NCBI RefSeq assembly: GCF_002571385.2
Contig: NW_019218072.1
Span: 324,290 to 387,998 of the forward strand
DNA: 63,709 nt
Direction of reading: 5' to 3'
Origin: Stylophora pistillata
Taxonomy: Eukaryota
Shown here one piece after another: positions 25,190-38,179 of this stretch. Both the position numbers and the translations under genes were made by a program. Under the pieces are notes generated by a model. It saw only the letters and a list, made by a program, of their open reading frames with translations, had not been told where the DNA came from and searched no databases. Position 1 is the stretch's first letter. Each line of letters starts with the position of its first letter.

Positions 25190-26418
25190 AGATTAAATTA
25201 AATTAAATTAAACATAAACAGAATAAATAAATGATGATGATGGAGAGGCAGCATCCAAAAGCGTCCTAGACACCATACGAGGGATGCTCCCCAGTAAGAT
25301 ACAATATTAAAAAAACAGTTATCATAGTTTAGAGTTTGATATCTAAGTATTAAATTGAATCAAATCTAAAAATTCTAAGAATTGCCAAGGAATGAAGTAG
25401 CTTTATGTTTAAGACTAGAAATACTAGCAGAATCCTTTATATTATTTTGAAGACTGTTCCATTCATTCACAACACGGATAAAAAAGCTATATTAAAAAAT
25501 ATTTGTTCGACTGTAGATGCAGACTTGGTCAAGAGAATCATTCTTCCTTGAGTTATAATCTACACTACGATCTTTACAGAAAAGAAACTTATCAGAAATA
25601 TCCCTATCATAATGCCCATTCATTAAATTGAATAAAAAAACAACATCCCTTATGTATCTTCTATGAAATAAACTATGTAATTTTAATTTCTTTAATCTAA
25701 CATCATAATCCTCATCAGATTTAAGAATAAACTTAGTTGCCCTCCTCTGAATTGCCTCTAATTTATTGATATTGCGTTGTGTATGAGGATTCCAGGTTTC
25801 ACATGAATACTCGAGCAGGGGTCTGACAAGACTGCAGTATAATGTATTCAATGTAGTGATATCTTTCAAATCTCTACATATTCTTTTCACCAGACCAAGA
25901 ATCTTATTAGCCTTAGCACATACCGAGAAGACCTAAATCCCTATGTATATGTACACTTTCTAAGCTCTGACCGTTTAGGTAATAGTCCCCAACTAAAGGA
26001 CTCTTTTTCATAGTAATTCTCATGATCTTACATTTCTTTGTGTGTATTTTCATTTTGTTATCCCTATACCAATCAGCTATCTTATTCAAGTCACTCTGAA
26101 AGGACTTCATGTCATCTGAAGAATTAATAATCCTATATAGTTTACTATCATCTGCATATAAGGCGATTGAGCTATCTTTACTTATAACCCCTGGTACATC
26201 ATTGATATAAATAATAAAGAATAAAGGTCCCAACAAGGAACCTTGAGGTACTCCAGAGGTAATTGTCAGCCAGTCAGATAATTCCCCTTTTACAACAACT
26301 CTCTGCTTACGATCAGTGAGATAGTCTTTACACTATTCCAGAAGACGCCCGCGGACTCCATACTTAAATAATTTAGTCGAGAATATTATGATTCACAAGG
26401 TCAAAGGCTTTGGCAAAA
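25190..26418 (-). mobile_element. 5'-truncated LINE with reverse transcriptase, degenerate
   Basis: FAKAFD, GVPQGSLLGP, LYADD and LVRPLLEY motifs, with frameshifts and a (TAAAT)n tail at about 25192-25212. Confidence 0.92.
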
Positions 26419-27912
26419 ATCGCGGAATGATTTTCTGAATATCAGTTATACTTAGCTCATTAGAATTCCAGAGGAAAAGATTGAAATGAAGTGTTGAACA
26501 TTGCATCGCATAAATTTAATCCAGGAAACTTGAATTTTACAATTCAATGTCACATCATGTAACCTCAGCAACTCATAACTTAGATCCCTCTCCAAATAAT
26601 GATGACAATGATAATTAAAGTAATACTAGTTCCTGATTTTCTGTATGAAATTGCCTTGGAGGACAAGGCGGACTATAAAAGCAGTGTAGGCCTCACTAAA
26701 TTGCGGCGTCCAAAATCATATTTGACTTTGGAGTAGAGCAGCAAAGGAGAACAGCTACAACCGAAAGACTCCCTCATTTGTTCATCTCCACTATGACCCA
26801 ATTGCAAAGTTCGAATTGACGCTCTAAGTAACAGTTCGGAATCTTGGTTCCTGCTCACAAAAAGTTGAGTAAACTAGCCCTACAATTTAAAATCGAAGCA
26901 TTTAGAGGCAACAAATAAACTGAACGGTAAATCATTGGTGGTCAGATGAATTCTACTCAGAAGTTGAAGAAATAACTCCTAAGACGCTAAAACGAGTGCC
27001 TTCAAAAGTTTTATTTGTCCGCCATAGAACGTGATGGAACTTTCTAGGATTAGAAATCGCTTACTGCTACACGGGTAGCACCTTCTCGCGTGCATGCTTT
27101 GCAATGCACGAAATTTTATAACATTGACGGTAACAAGGTCAATTTTTTTGGTCCGATCGTTATTCGGCATCATTAGTCTATCCCACACGATATGTTCTTC
27201 ACTTTCAGTGAAAGCGATGAATATTTACCTCCACTACGGTTAATAATTGTTAGCTATTGAAAACGGAACTTTGAGACGCTAGAAATTTAATGATTAGAAT
27301 CGTAGAGTTGTGTTCGCACTGAAGCGCAAGTGGGGATACCTTATAAAGTAAAATAACCTAGAGAGTATCTTTCCTTGAAACCACATCGTTTGAGACCAGT
27401 GTTTGAGCACTTGTTTGAGACCAGTGTTTTGAGCACTTGTAAATCTCAATATTCATACAAATCACCACTACTGGTAGGGCTAATGCTAAGAGCTAATTCG
27501 TCAGAGTCAAACAAGTTTTTGTTGATTTGTGAAATTTTGTAACGATTATAAGGTATTGTGAAACAATCTTCGTGAATATTCGCCTCGGCTAGAGTCAATT
27601 TAGACTGGTTTGTGTATATCCAATGCGTGTTTGCTTTGATTTGCTGGCGGGATTACCCAGCTGGACAATACTTTCGTTAAGACTTTTGAAAGATCCAAGG
27701 TTTAATAGTACTCAGTTCGAAAAAGAGATACCAAGGAATGCAAAATACTCAAATTGTCTTCAGCTGGTGCAGGTTAAATATCCCTGATTACCTTTTTAAA
27801 TGTTTACAATTTAACGTAAAGTTCGTCTTGTTAGAAACATGCTTTGTTTATGAAAAATGGTGACATTTGGAGATACGAAATTAAGCATAGATTGCAAGAG
27901 GAATCAGTAACT

Positions 27913-28435
27913 TCCAGGAGAAATGAATGCGCGCGAATTGTTTAGTTTCGTTAAGAGAAATCTGTCTCCTCCAGCAATTCCAGTGGTAAGAAAATGTCCA
28001 ATAGGCACCGAATTGCTTCATCAATTCCTTCGAGTTAATTCAAAACCATACTTAGAAACAGATACTCACAAACGTTGAGTGGATTATTAATCACGTTAAG
28101 GCGCCTCTTGAGAACTAATTTGGATAACTTTGAAGTAACTTATCCATTCTAAAGTTTGATAACAAAGCACTCATGTCTCCTCCAGGAGATATGACTGCGC
28201 GCGAATTGTTTAGTTTCATTAAGGGATATCTGTCCCCTCAGGAAATTCCAGTGTTAAGAAAATGTCCAATAGGCACCGAATTGCTTAATTAATTCCTTCG
28301 AGTTAACTCAAAACCATACTTAGAAACAGATCCTTGCAAACGTTGAGTGGATTGTTAATCACATTAAAGCGTCTCTTGAGAATTAGTTTGGATAACTTTG
28401 AAGTAACTTATCCATTCTAAAGTTTGATAACAAAA
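27913..28435. repeat. Two-copy tandem repeat, unit about 268 bp
   Basis: tccaggaga..tgcgcgcgaattgtttagtttc...aaagtttgataacaaa at 27913-28166 and 28181-28435. Confidence 0.9.
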
Positions 28436-31400
28436 CAATCAGTGATTTAGTAATTAGCACGAGAAAAAAAAAGTATGCAGACGCCAGAAAGTAGTCCTTG
28501 AGATAACAAGTTGTATTTGAACAATAATTTCATCAACATTACAAACAACGCATTTCCTCTGCGCGTTTTCGAATTTATGTGGCCACGAAATTTTTTTCCG
28601 AGCAACACAAGAATTGTAACTTTCCGCAGATTTTATCTTCTTGTTAACAACAGCTTATGTTATTGTTATGCATGGCTTTGCTTTGTGTCATGAACCTTAC
28701 GCGAACGCCCTGAGAAATTTCGACAGAAAAGAATGACTTTGCACGGTTCTCTGAGAGAGAGAGCTGATCAGCCACATGTATACAAGTATACTGATTACAA
28801 CGTTAACGTTCGAGCTAGTTTGAATTCGATTTGTAACTCGTCTTAATAACATGGTTTATCCTCTTAGGCTGGCCCTATCTCCCTTTTTTCTCTGTTACAT
28901 TCTTTCCCCGTCAGCCCCCATGGCTTGACCTAAGGCATAAGGACGTTAATAGCAGAGAGCCTTGCGATGTATACGTTAAAATATTCAATTATTTACTATA
29001 AAAATTAATGACGATGACTCACCGTTTAAGAAATTCCTTTACAACCGTTTTCCGTGAGTTATCCCAATGACAGCATTGGTGCAGATACACTGGAGATGTT
29101 CAGATAGACGCATTTAAATGCTTCTCCCGTGTTTTCACAGCTATCAATTTCCGGTATTCTATTGAAGAGTGATGTCATTCCATGATAGCTAAACAGATAA
29201 AATTGTTGTGATTCCAGCCGCTTCCTATTCACGTAATTAAAGATTTACTGGTCAATAACTCGGATGTTCCACTGGGTTCGACAATCTTACCGACGAGATT
29301 TGTGAACAGAAAATAATTGTATTATCCTCCAACGGCATTTCACTTTAAGAAGTTTCTCGTTACCTAACCCTACGTGCACATGTGCACAAGTTCCTCAACT
29401 ATTTTTCCACAATGATTGTTTTGCAGTACTTTTTTCTTATTGAGACTTTACTTCTGAAATCTATGGAACTGCTTTGAAGATCGACTTCCTCAAAATATAG
29501 TGGAATTGCTTCTCGGCAGTGCCATTTAACCTCGAAGAAGAGGCAGGGGTCTATTTTTAGATCCTTCAGTCCAAATTAGCCTGTTTTTTTCTTTTTGTTT
29601 CTTAAGTGCGTCTACAAGTGGGTGTGCCTTGTTCGCATTACTTACATAACATCACAGGAGTGGCATCCTAAGCGAAGAGAACAACAACAAATGAAACATT
29701 TTGTTTAGAAGGTATTACAGAAATTACTTTCTAATTAGTATTAGTGTTACGAGAAACAAAAGATGCGTACATAGATATACGTATATATACATCGCAATGT
29801 CGTCTACTGCAATAGAAACGAAGTTTTTTCTAAGTTTACTTCGTAATGTAAGCAATTAAGATGAAAGATCGCGGAGGAAGGTATGTCCCTTGCAATTGGG
29901 TCCAGTTGCTAGACGTTTAAGTGTTTCTCTAAGATGAAGTTATGTTTAGCATTAAACTCATCTGTCATCTGTTAGGGCGTGCAACCAAAATGGAAATTAG
30001 GAATGTTGTTCTTTTTTAAAAAAGGTTTCATTGAGTTGCCCTTATTTTGATGAAGTGAACCACGGAATTTATCCTGCTCGGGGCAGGCTTTAGGTAACAT
30101 GCGAATCTTCCTTGCGTGCCTCATGAATTAACGTTTAAGTGGATATAGAGAAAAGGTCAAGTATCGCATACCACACGTTTATTGTTGAACCACAAAGTTA
30201 CATAAAGGTTAATCACGAGACCATCAGGAAACACAAAACTAGTTTAGAGATGGCGGTTATTCATTGATTTTTTGACTAACTGGCATCAACTGGCACTAAT
30301 AATGATGATTACGATTGTATTTTGTTTCTATTTCCCTTAATTAAAATTTGTCTTTATCTGAGGGATTCTAAATATTCCTCGCTTTTTCCCAATAGATTTA
30401 ACCTAGCAGCTATTCACATAACAATAATCTCTAAAAATTCAACTATTCAACAAGCCAAACTGTTTTAATCTTCTTTTTCACCTAATATTGTTGAAGATAC
30501 CAAGTGCTTGAAAGGAAAGCGATAACTAAGCTTATAAAAATAGCTCAACCACTAAGGTAAACAATGTGTTTTTTTTTCGTTTACCAATGAATTACATGAT
30601 TTAAAACATATTGCAGACTCTGTCATATGATACTGTATGCTGATCATGGAATGATTTCCGACCCTGACACGCGACCAAAATGTTCCAGTTATTTTTCTGA
30701 TTCATTATCCATATAAAAGTATTTAGCACCCATTTCCTGTGCGAAGCATCTTAGCTATCTATCTTATTATCCCGGTACCGGTAAATCAAGTGCTCAGCTC
30801 ATTCAGATAATCCCCTTTCAACAAGAGCCAGCTATTGAAAACATTACTTGAATGACTACGTTGCAGAAAGAGGTTGTTTCTACGTATTTTACCTGAGCAT
30901 GGAGACCGCTCAATAATTATAAAACCCACGTCATTATACATTTTCTCAATGTTGTATTTTCTCATGTTTTTGAGTGTTTTCTTCTACCTGCGATGTATGT
31001 TATCTAGTACCTGGATGACCTTTACAAGTTCAACACGATTCTACGATGCATGTTCGGTAGAAGGCCCCATTAATACATGCTTTTACACAAATATTTCCTA
31101 AACGAGGTTGGGCGTCACCCACTGATGGCTGGAATGGAACGCCGATAAAAGAATTGCAAAACTGTGCTTGAGAACCAAGGAACGCACGCAAACAACAGAA
31201 TTTAACCTAAATGAGTTTATAGGGCTATCACAAAAATATTTCCCAAGGTAATTACAAACAGAAAGCCTTTCAGAGATATCGCCGCACTTCGCCAATTCTT
31301 TAATTAATAGTGTGGAATTAAGTATAGCGACGCGCCATAACAATAAAACGCGCCAGTACAATGATCAGTTATCTTTCAAAATGGGTAAAAATAGAACTTG

Positions 31401-31591
31401 TCGCATACTTGACATCAATCATGACTTTGGGACATGAAAATGTGCTCTTAAAGGTCCAATATAGAATGAATATGATTTTAAAATTTTCCTGTTTTAACAC
31501 ACTTAAAGACCCTTTTTGGGGCCTTTTTTATGATAATATTCGATCACAAGTTTTTTGATAGGATTTCAATTGACCGAAAGCTTTTAAAAAT

Positions 31592-31725
31592 CTGATGATG
31601 ACTTCCGCATAGGTTGTAGAAACGTCAGTCACCACCACTTACAACAGTCCTTCTCAGGACTACACTCACTCGGACGATCGCGCCACACTTTCACATGTTA
31701 CCCTGGATTCAAGCCATTTACTGTA
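31592..31725 (+). mobile_element. Penelope-type terminal-repeat fragment (hammerhead-like)
   Basis: ctgatgatgacttccgcataggttgtagaaacgtcagtcacc...ggactacactcac. Confidence 0.5.
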
Positions 31726-32256
31726 TGAAGCGTAAGCTTGTCTTTAGCACAAATGCCTTGAAAACAAAGTTTGTTGGAATATATTGTTGATGAGCTTTGT
31801 TGTTGGTCGTTCATCAGTGCCTTGCGAAGTTCATTGCAAGGGTTGCACGTTTGTTTTGGAACGGCAAATCTTCATGGTAGCTCACTATGCAACTTCTTTT
31901 CACTGAAAGTAAACATTGGTAGCCATAGTTTAATTGTTAATCCTACGTACGTACACTGAAAAAAATATGTTTCCAGCATGGAATGAGGCGATAAGCCAAG
32001 AATGAAGAGAATTAATACCCTCTTAGATAGGCGACGATCTCATGCGTCCATTCTTGAAATCCATTTATCCGTCGTTCAAAGTTAGAAAACGCGGTCGTTT
32101 TGAAGACAGGTATTTTAAATGTTTGTCAAGGTGGCGCCAAGACAGCAATATATCTCTAGATAGTTCCGTTATCGTTTTAAGTAAATAGGAGATTGTGTTA
32201 AACAGATTATCTTCCTTCCAATTGAGTTAGAAATTAAGTTACGACTGAGGTCCGTT

Positions 32257-32809
32257 CTATGCCAAAACTCGCTTGCCAGCTATTCCATGCATCATCAACA
32301 TTTGGACGACTTCACTAATCTTTAATGGGCGCTTAAGTGACTGGTTTTTTTCTTCTCCATCTGATTTCTCTTTTGCGTAGTTGGGGTGTAAAAGAACATC
32401 CTGTGGTAACAAAGTAGAACCGAAAAATTTTACCCCCAAGTAATCAGAGTTGAGACGGTTGGGTAGCATCTAACGGACTGCCAGACTAAGTAATGGTTAA
32501 ACTAGTTTGTCATTGTCATAATTTTCCTTCTGATTGTAGTGTGTCAAAAAGTTATGGTCAGAGTTTTCCCATTTATTGCTTGTTTTTCACTCTCCAAACA
32601 AAGAGCAAAGAGGAAAGGGATACTGTTAACGAAAGAATAAAAACAAAAATCACCAAGCATTTTTAAGTTTCTGGAAACATTTTGTTACCTTCTGAGTATG
32701 GCTAATTAACAATTACTCCACGAGCGCGCGATGGATATGAGATAATAGATAGCCAATGAGGCGCGTAGCGCCGAGTTGGCTATAATCATCTCATATCCAA
32801 CAAGCACGA

Positions 32810-32844
<35 letters not shown>

Positions 32845-32962
32845 AATTATTATTTTGTGAGAAGAAACCGGATTTTTTAGCTCCCTTTTGATTTTAAGCT
32901 GACGCGTACGCGTACCATATTTGTAGATTATGCTATATTGGCTCATATACCATAATGGCTAG

Positions 32963-33012
<50 letters not shown>

Positions 33013-34378
33013 TATCTATTCGACCCATCGATAGACCCAAATTAACCCGCCACGCCGTCCAAAAAGGGGTTAAAAAATATGCATTTCAATTCTCGTTTTT
33101 TTAGCTTTAAATATTTCATTTAAAGTCATCCAATCGAATTTACCACAGATGAATGAGTAAATTTGTAGTGAAACATTTATTATTTCTCTATTTTTCCATG
33201 CTCTTGTAAACTGTACAACAAATTTAATTTGCATTATTTACTAAGCGAAAAACTATACAGTTAAATACACTTTGATCACATCAAAGCTTCCTTTATTACT
33301 TCCCTCTGCCAGCAGTTCGCGAGTGAAAAGTACACAGCACATTTTTGGCCACTAAATTTCAGTGCTCAAGTTTATGATTAGAAAATAATTCAACAGTATC
33401 CTTTCCTCTCATTCAGAGGATAAATTATTTTTATGGTCACTTGTTAACAACTACATCTATACATGTTTAAATATCATGCAAATGTCTATGAAATTTGAGA
33501 CAAAATCAGTGACGAACTCTTTTGGGTGGTGCTTTGGTCGGCCGACGGCAACCAAAGTGACCAGGCGAACAGCGCCTTCGCGCTCTCTTCCTTCCTTTCT
33601 TTTCCTGCTGATGATCAGTGTCATTCAAAGCGCTGAAAGTGTGAGCACCTTGTTTTCCACCAGACCTGGGTGCATCTGTAGGCCTAGTTAAGATAGGGCT
33701 CGAAGATTTTGGTCCCTGGCTAATTTCACCAGAGTCATCTTCTTCCACGCCAAACGAGCTTGTTAAGCCCCATCCTTCTCCAAAATGATCTTCTTCACTC
33801 GTTGTCGTACTTGTGGGAAGGACCTCCGTTTTTTCCTGATATTGGAAAAGGATTTTTTCTGTCAAAGGTGATGTCTTTTTGATAAACAGTTTAAACTTGC
33901 TTTCAAGTCATATGAAGTTTCTAGTTATATGTTGCCCTACTTGTCGGAGGGACCTCCGTTTTTTCCTGATAGACGAAAGGGATTTTTTTCGTCAAAGATA
34001 ATGTCTTTTGGATAAACGAGTTAAACTTGCTTTCTAGTGATATGAAGATATAGAACTGGACGCGTCACATGCATCACTTAAGGTTGCGAATAACAACAAT
34101 ATTAACGACAGAATGCTGAGCTAAAACTCCACTTGAGTGGATGATGAGAGAGAAATTAAAGATTGTTTTCATTGTTACGTATTTTTCTTTGCACTGAGAA
34201 GCCCATTAAAACTTGCATACTATCTTGCTCTATCGGCTCCTTAGAACGCCTGGGAAAGTTTGCTCACCCTTTTCACTTTGCTCGGCAGTCCAGCCATTTG
34301 GAGGCTAGGCATTGCATCCACGAACATCGCCAGAGTCATCAACAATCCACAAAAGGCAATATAGGTTAGGAGTTTCAT
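32257..34378 (-). CDS. Secreted prepropeptide B (about 190 aa); join complement(34378..34268,33835..33518,32400..32257)
   Basis: Signal peptide MKLLTYIAFCGLLMTLAMFVDA, phase-0 introns and an acidic pro-region. Encodes RKRARRR-CSPGHFGC-RRPTKAPPKR. Last exon ...LKRPLKISEVVQMLMMHGIA-GKR-VLA*. The exon-2 donor AGA|GTTCGT is weak, and read-through stops at 33506. Confidence 0.8.
32707..33013. mobile_element. Hairpin + TIR non-autonomous element in an intron of gene B
   Basis: Palindrome aacaattactccac...gcgcgtagcgc...gtggaataattgtt followed by ttattaaaaac...gtttttaataa. Confidence 0.7.
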
Positions 34379-34701
34379 CTCGTAATTATGGTTTGTTCAC
34401 CGTAATCAAGGTTGCACCAAAAGCTGTAGTATCGGGAAAAAGAAGACTCTATTCAGAATTAACATTGCACTAACGTAGGATTTACCCTTAATGCAACTAT
34501 TGACCTGGAAGAAGTCAAAACTGGTTCAAATAATTCAACTGCATCTGCCAATTGACTGTCACTATACCAGAGAAACTGTTCTCTTTTCTTTTTGTAATCA
34601 TGAACAAGAGGAATCGCTTTGATTTAATTTGATTTTGTCTGTTTTTTTTTTTCCGTTGGTTTGTTTGTTTTATTTTGTTTTTTTCTACGGACATTTCGTC
34701 A

Positions 34702-35018
34702 AGGAGGGGCATTGGGGCCTCTGGGAGACCGCAAAACCGGAGAAAAAAACCTCCAAAACCCGAAAACCGACGAAAAAAGGGCAGCAAAACTGAAAATCGC
34801 ATGCAAACCCGACAAAACCGCTACATTTTCACCTTTCAAGGGGTCAAAAAGGAAAAACCGAAAACCGCATCAGAGTTTTCGTGAAAACCGAAGGCAAAAA
34901 CACGTAAAATCCGCTAAGCGCTCTGAACATCAAAACCGAAAACCCGAACCTATTTTGCCGAAAAAACCGATCCAAAAAACAATCAAAACCGCAAAACCGA
35001 CAATCCCAAAGCCCCCCT
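34702..35018. mobile_element. MITE with many AAAACCG subterminal repeats, in intron 1 of gene B
   Basis: aggggcattggg / cccaaagcccccct termini and about 10 aaaacc(c)g motifs. Explains the spurious K/P-rich ORFs. Confidence 0.7.
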
Positions 35019-35187
35019 CGTTGAGGGTAACTTTTATGACTGAAAACACATTATTATTTATTATTTATTATTTATTATTATTCTTCGGCAACTTCCAACT
35101 TGGAGGAGTTGGTGAGAAATGAATGAGAAGGCCGACCGCAAACGAACCACAAAGCAGAAATTCAGTGTTTCCGCTTTAGGCGGGTCG

Positions 35188-35232
<45 letters not shown>

Positions 35233-36457
35233 TAAAAAACAAAACCAGAAAAACGATATAATAAATGAATAAAAAAGAATTTAAAAGGGGCATGTTTTCC
35301 CTTGTTACGAAAGATACAGTCACTAAGCAAAGCAAGGCTATACGTCACCAGCGGACCTTTATACAACGCCATAATATCTAACATTTGAGAATGCGAGATA
35401 AATGAAGAACAGAATTACGCAGGAAGACTATACTAAAAAAAGAGATCGGCAACGATTTCCTGAATCGTGATTTCCGTTAAAATGACGATTGCTCCTTACT
35501 TTCCAGCTCCAACGGGAAGAAAGGTTATATTTAAGGTTGACTGGAACTATTTCCTTTATGAATAAATCACACTATGTCCTTTTACCTACATACCACGGCC
35601 AATGCATAAGCAGAAGTAACTTGATCTATCTTGTTTCACTCTCTTGTATCGTGCGACATAACTCTACTTTTTTTCTCAGATTTTCCTTTTGACTAGAGAA
35701 CTTGTAAGTTCTAGCTAGTGGAAATTTTGTGTGGGTGGTAAATTTAAGATTCAGTAGGAACGGAAATACGCCAAGTTCCAGGATAGAAGCGTTTTTGTTT
35801 TTTTCCTACATACGTTGTACGAGACTGAATTTAAAAAATAAAAATGCAATAAAATGAAGAAAAAGTCGCAGAATTAGTGCGAAGGAATGCATAAGCTTTC
35901 GAAAAAAATAATTATTAACGTAAACCTCGGTTTCCGATACGAAAAGGTTTCTGGGACTCCTTTTCTCAAATGCAGTTGTTACGTAGCTTCACGTGTTTGT
36001 AAAAGCGGTCCACTCTTTCTTTGTGGGGGAAAATTAAAGCTTGACAGGAAAAGTAACAATCATAATCGTTTGCTTCAGCAAAGCCGTCAAGCTCTGATCC
36101 TAACAGAGTCACATCCTCTTAGAAGAATGAAAACCTGATCTACGAATCTCAAACCATACTACTAATTGTTAGATCCCAGAAAGGCTGAAATCATTTTTGG
36201 TTACCTCAGCGAGGTGGCTGCCGAGCTCTGAGACGAGCGAGCTACAATACGTAACAAGAAATCATTCCACTTAATATGAATAGGTAAATCTAACTCACTT
36301 CTTTCGATACCCTGATACCATTGAAAGCGTGCTTAAATCTTTCGAAATAAAGGAGAAATCTTAAATGTGCTGCACTGTTGCACAATTTACTAGAATTGGG
36401 CTGATGAATTCCATGGTGATGAACACATTTACTTAGAAAAAAAAAGTGGAAACCTAC

Positions 36458-36654
36458 CACTTAGGGTTGTAGCTTGCTTCACTTGAGAGATCCTATCGAT
36501 GTTCTCTGATAGCTGGTTGCTCGTCTCTTGCCTTCTTCTCTGTTATCGCTGGTCAACGCACTAACCGTATACACGCCTTCGACCCGTTTTTATAGCCAGC
36601 ACTCGCGCTACGTCTCGGAAGCACGCATTGTGAAATCAGTTATTGTGACGTAAT
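36458..36654 (-). promoter_or_regulatory. Promoter and non-coding first exon of prepropeptide B
   Basis: TATAAAAA at 36594-36587, TTAGT Inr at about 36562, CRE-like TGACGTAA at 36647-36654, donor GTG|GTAGGT at 36458 and matching acceptor at 34423. Confidence 0.65.
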
Positions 36655-38179
36655 CCTCGAAGTGACACTGATCAGGATATCTTGAAATGTTGTTTTAACG
36701 TTGTCCAGTGATATCTTCTGAAAAGCTTTAGTTGTAATGTACTTGACATTGCCTTCACTGTAAATTGTTGAGTCTATAGAGCTACAAGTTAACATACCGA
36801 TGGTGATTTGCGATAACTTCATGATGACTGATGGGTGTCTTCTAATTTATTTACACTTAGTATGGGATTTCCTGTCGACCACGATTAGAAGGGGTATTTT
36901 TGCAAATCTTGTGTACGTTGGGCACGAGGAACACATTCTTGTTTATTTATCTTTGGTTAAATTTAGCTCTCTCTCTCCTCTTCTCCAAATATGGAAAACT
37001 ATTTGTGTTGAAGACAAGGCGTCTGAAGATCACCGTCAATTTGTCGTATTTTGCTTGTACCCGTAAAAGCCAATTAGTTTGAGGAAGTTTTGATCTGTTC
37101 CATGATTGATGATCTCGTGGTGGTACACCGGACTTTCTTCGCTGATCATTGCTCTCAAAGATTATCAGTTAATTTTTGAGATTTTTTCCCTGGTCTCATT
37201 CAGTTTCCATTTCCTAAAATGTCATCTATGTGACCGCAAAATGTGGATATAATTTCATAAATTTTCCAAAAAAATCTGCCCCTTTAATTAGCTACAAGTA
37301 TCATGATCAAAATCCAGATTTATTGAAAAAAGCTTTGTTTTCTAAGTCGAAACCAATCCCTTAAATATGCAGAACGCTTCAAACATTCGTCTAGGTCTAA
37401 CTGATACTTATTTCTTAGTTTTTGCCGTTGCTCTCATTTTCTAGGATCACCGTAAACATCTGCCCACACACCATAAACAGTCTTTGAAACTTAACTATGT
37501 GTGTAATCGGGTCTGGTGTTAAAACATGAACTAGGAGATATGGTACAGGGTTGATTCTCGAACGTGATATCCGCTTCATTGCATCCTCACGAAGGTAGTG
37601 AGTTGAGTTATCTCGGAAATAGTTGGACGATAATTATTTCTTAGTACGTGACAATTTTGAAAAATTAAGAAAATGAAGACAAATTAACTTTAGCTGCCCT
37701 GAGAACGTCCTACGTGCTCACGAAGTGTTCGTGTATGATAACTATTTGATGCTTAAATACCAGCAGAAGGTCCTACTCTGTGAAAAAAAAAAAAAAGCTG
37801 TTAACATGTGTCGCCAAAATTCAGGCTAAACACGGTGTGCCTCGACTTCACTTTCTGTTGGCATGAGTTGATCAGATTCTGGCCAAAATAGACTTCTTCT
37901 TTTAAAGATTTTTCCTTTTTTTTTTTTCTTAATTAAAAAGCCATTTACATGTAAATTACAAAGAGGAATCATGAGGTCGTGTTATCATAAGCTCGTGTTA
38001 TAGTAGTGAAACGATGTGTAATTGAGGTTCTCTTTTTTTCCTTTTGTCTATTTTTCGTTTGGTTGTATGCGTGTTTGCCTGGGATTTTTTTTTTGGCTTG
38101 GAGAGGATCGGATTCTTGAGAATTTCTGTTGGATAATCCTTTTTTCATTTAAGCTGTTCCGTTCCCGTTTCTACAAAAT

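Larger units (their letters stand above)
21770..26625. repeat. Local segmental duplication (about 21770-23070 vs 24350-26625); second copy interrupted by a MITE and a LINE
   Basis: Collinear blocks: 21770-22100/24350-24685, 22115-22290/25030-25165, 22480-22610/26420-26545 and 22988-23070/26548-26625. Confidence 0.8.

Noticed and set aside
27913-28435. CRISPR-like or coding repeat
   Set aside because: A simple two-copy tandem duplication with no spacers and no ORF, in a eukaryotic context.
30893-31380. Cys pairs (CTGAFYC, CNYLGKYFC, ACINGAFYRTC) suggesting another peptide paralog
   Set aside because: They fall in different frames with many stops and no start, so they cannot be distinguished from chance.
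34515-35384. Lys/Pro-rich and poly-Tyr ORFs
   Set aside because: Products of an AAAACCG-repeat MITE and a (TAA)n microsatellite.
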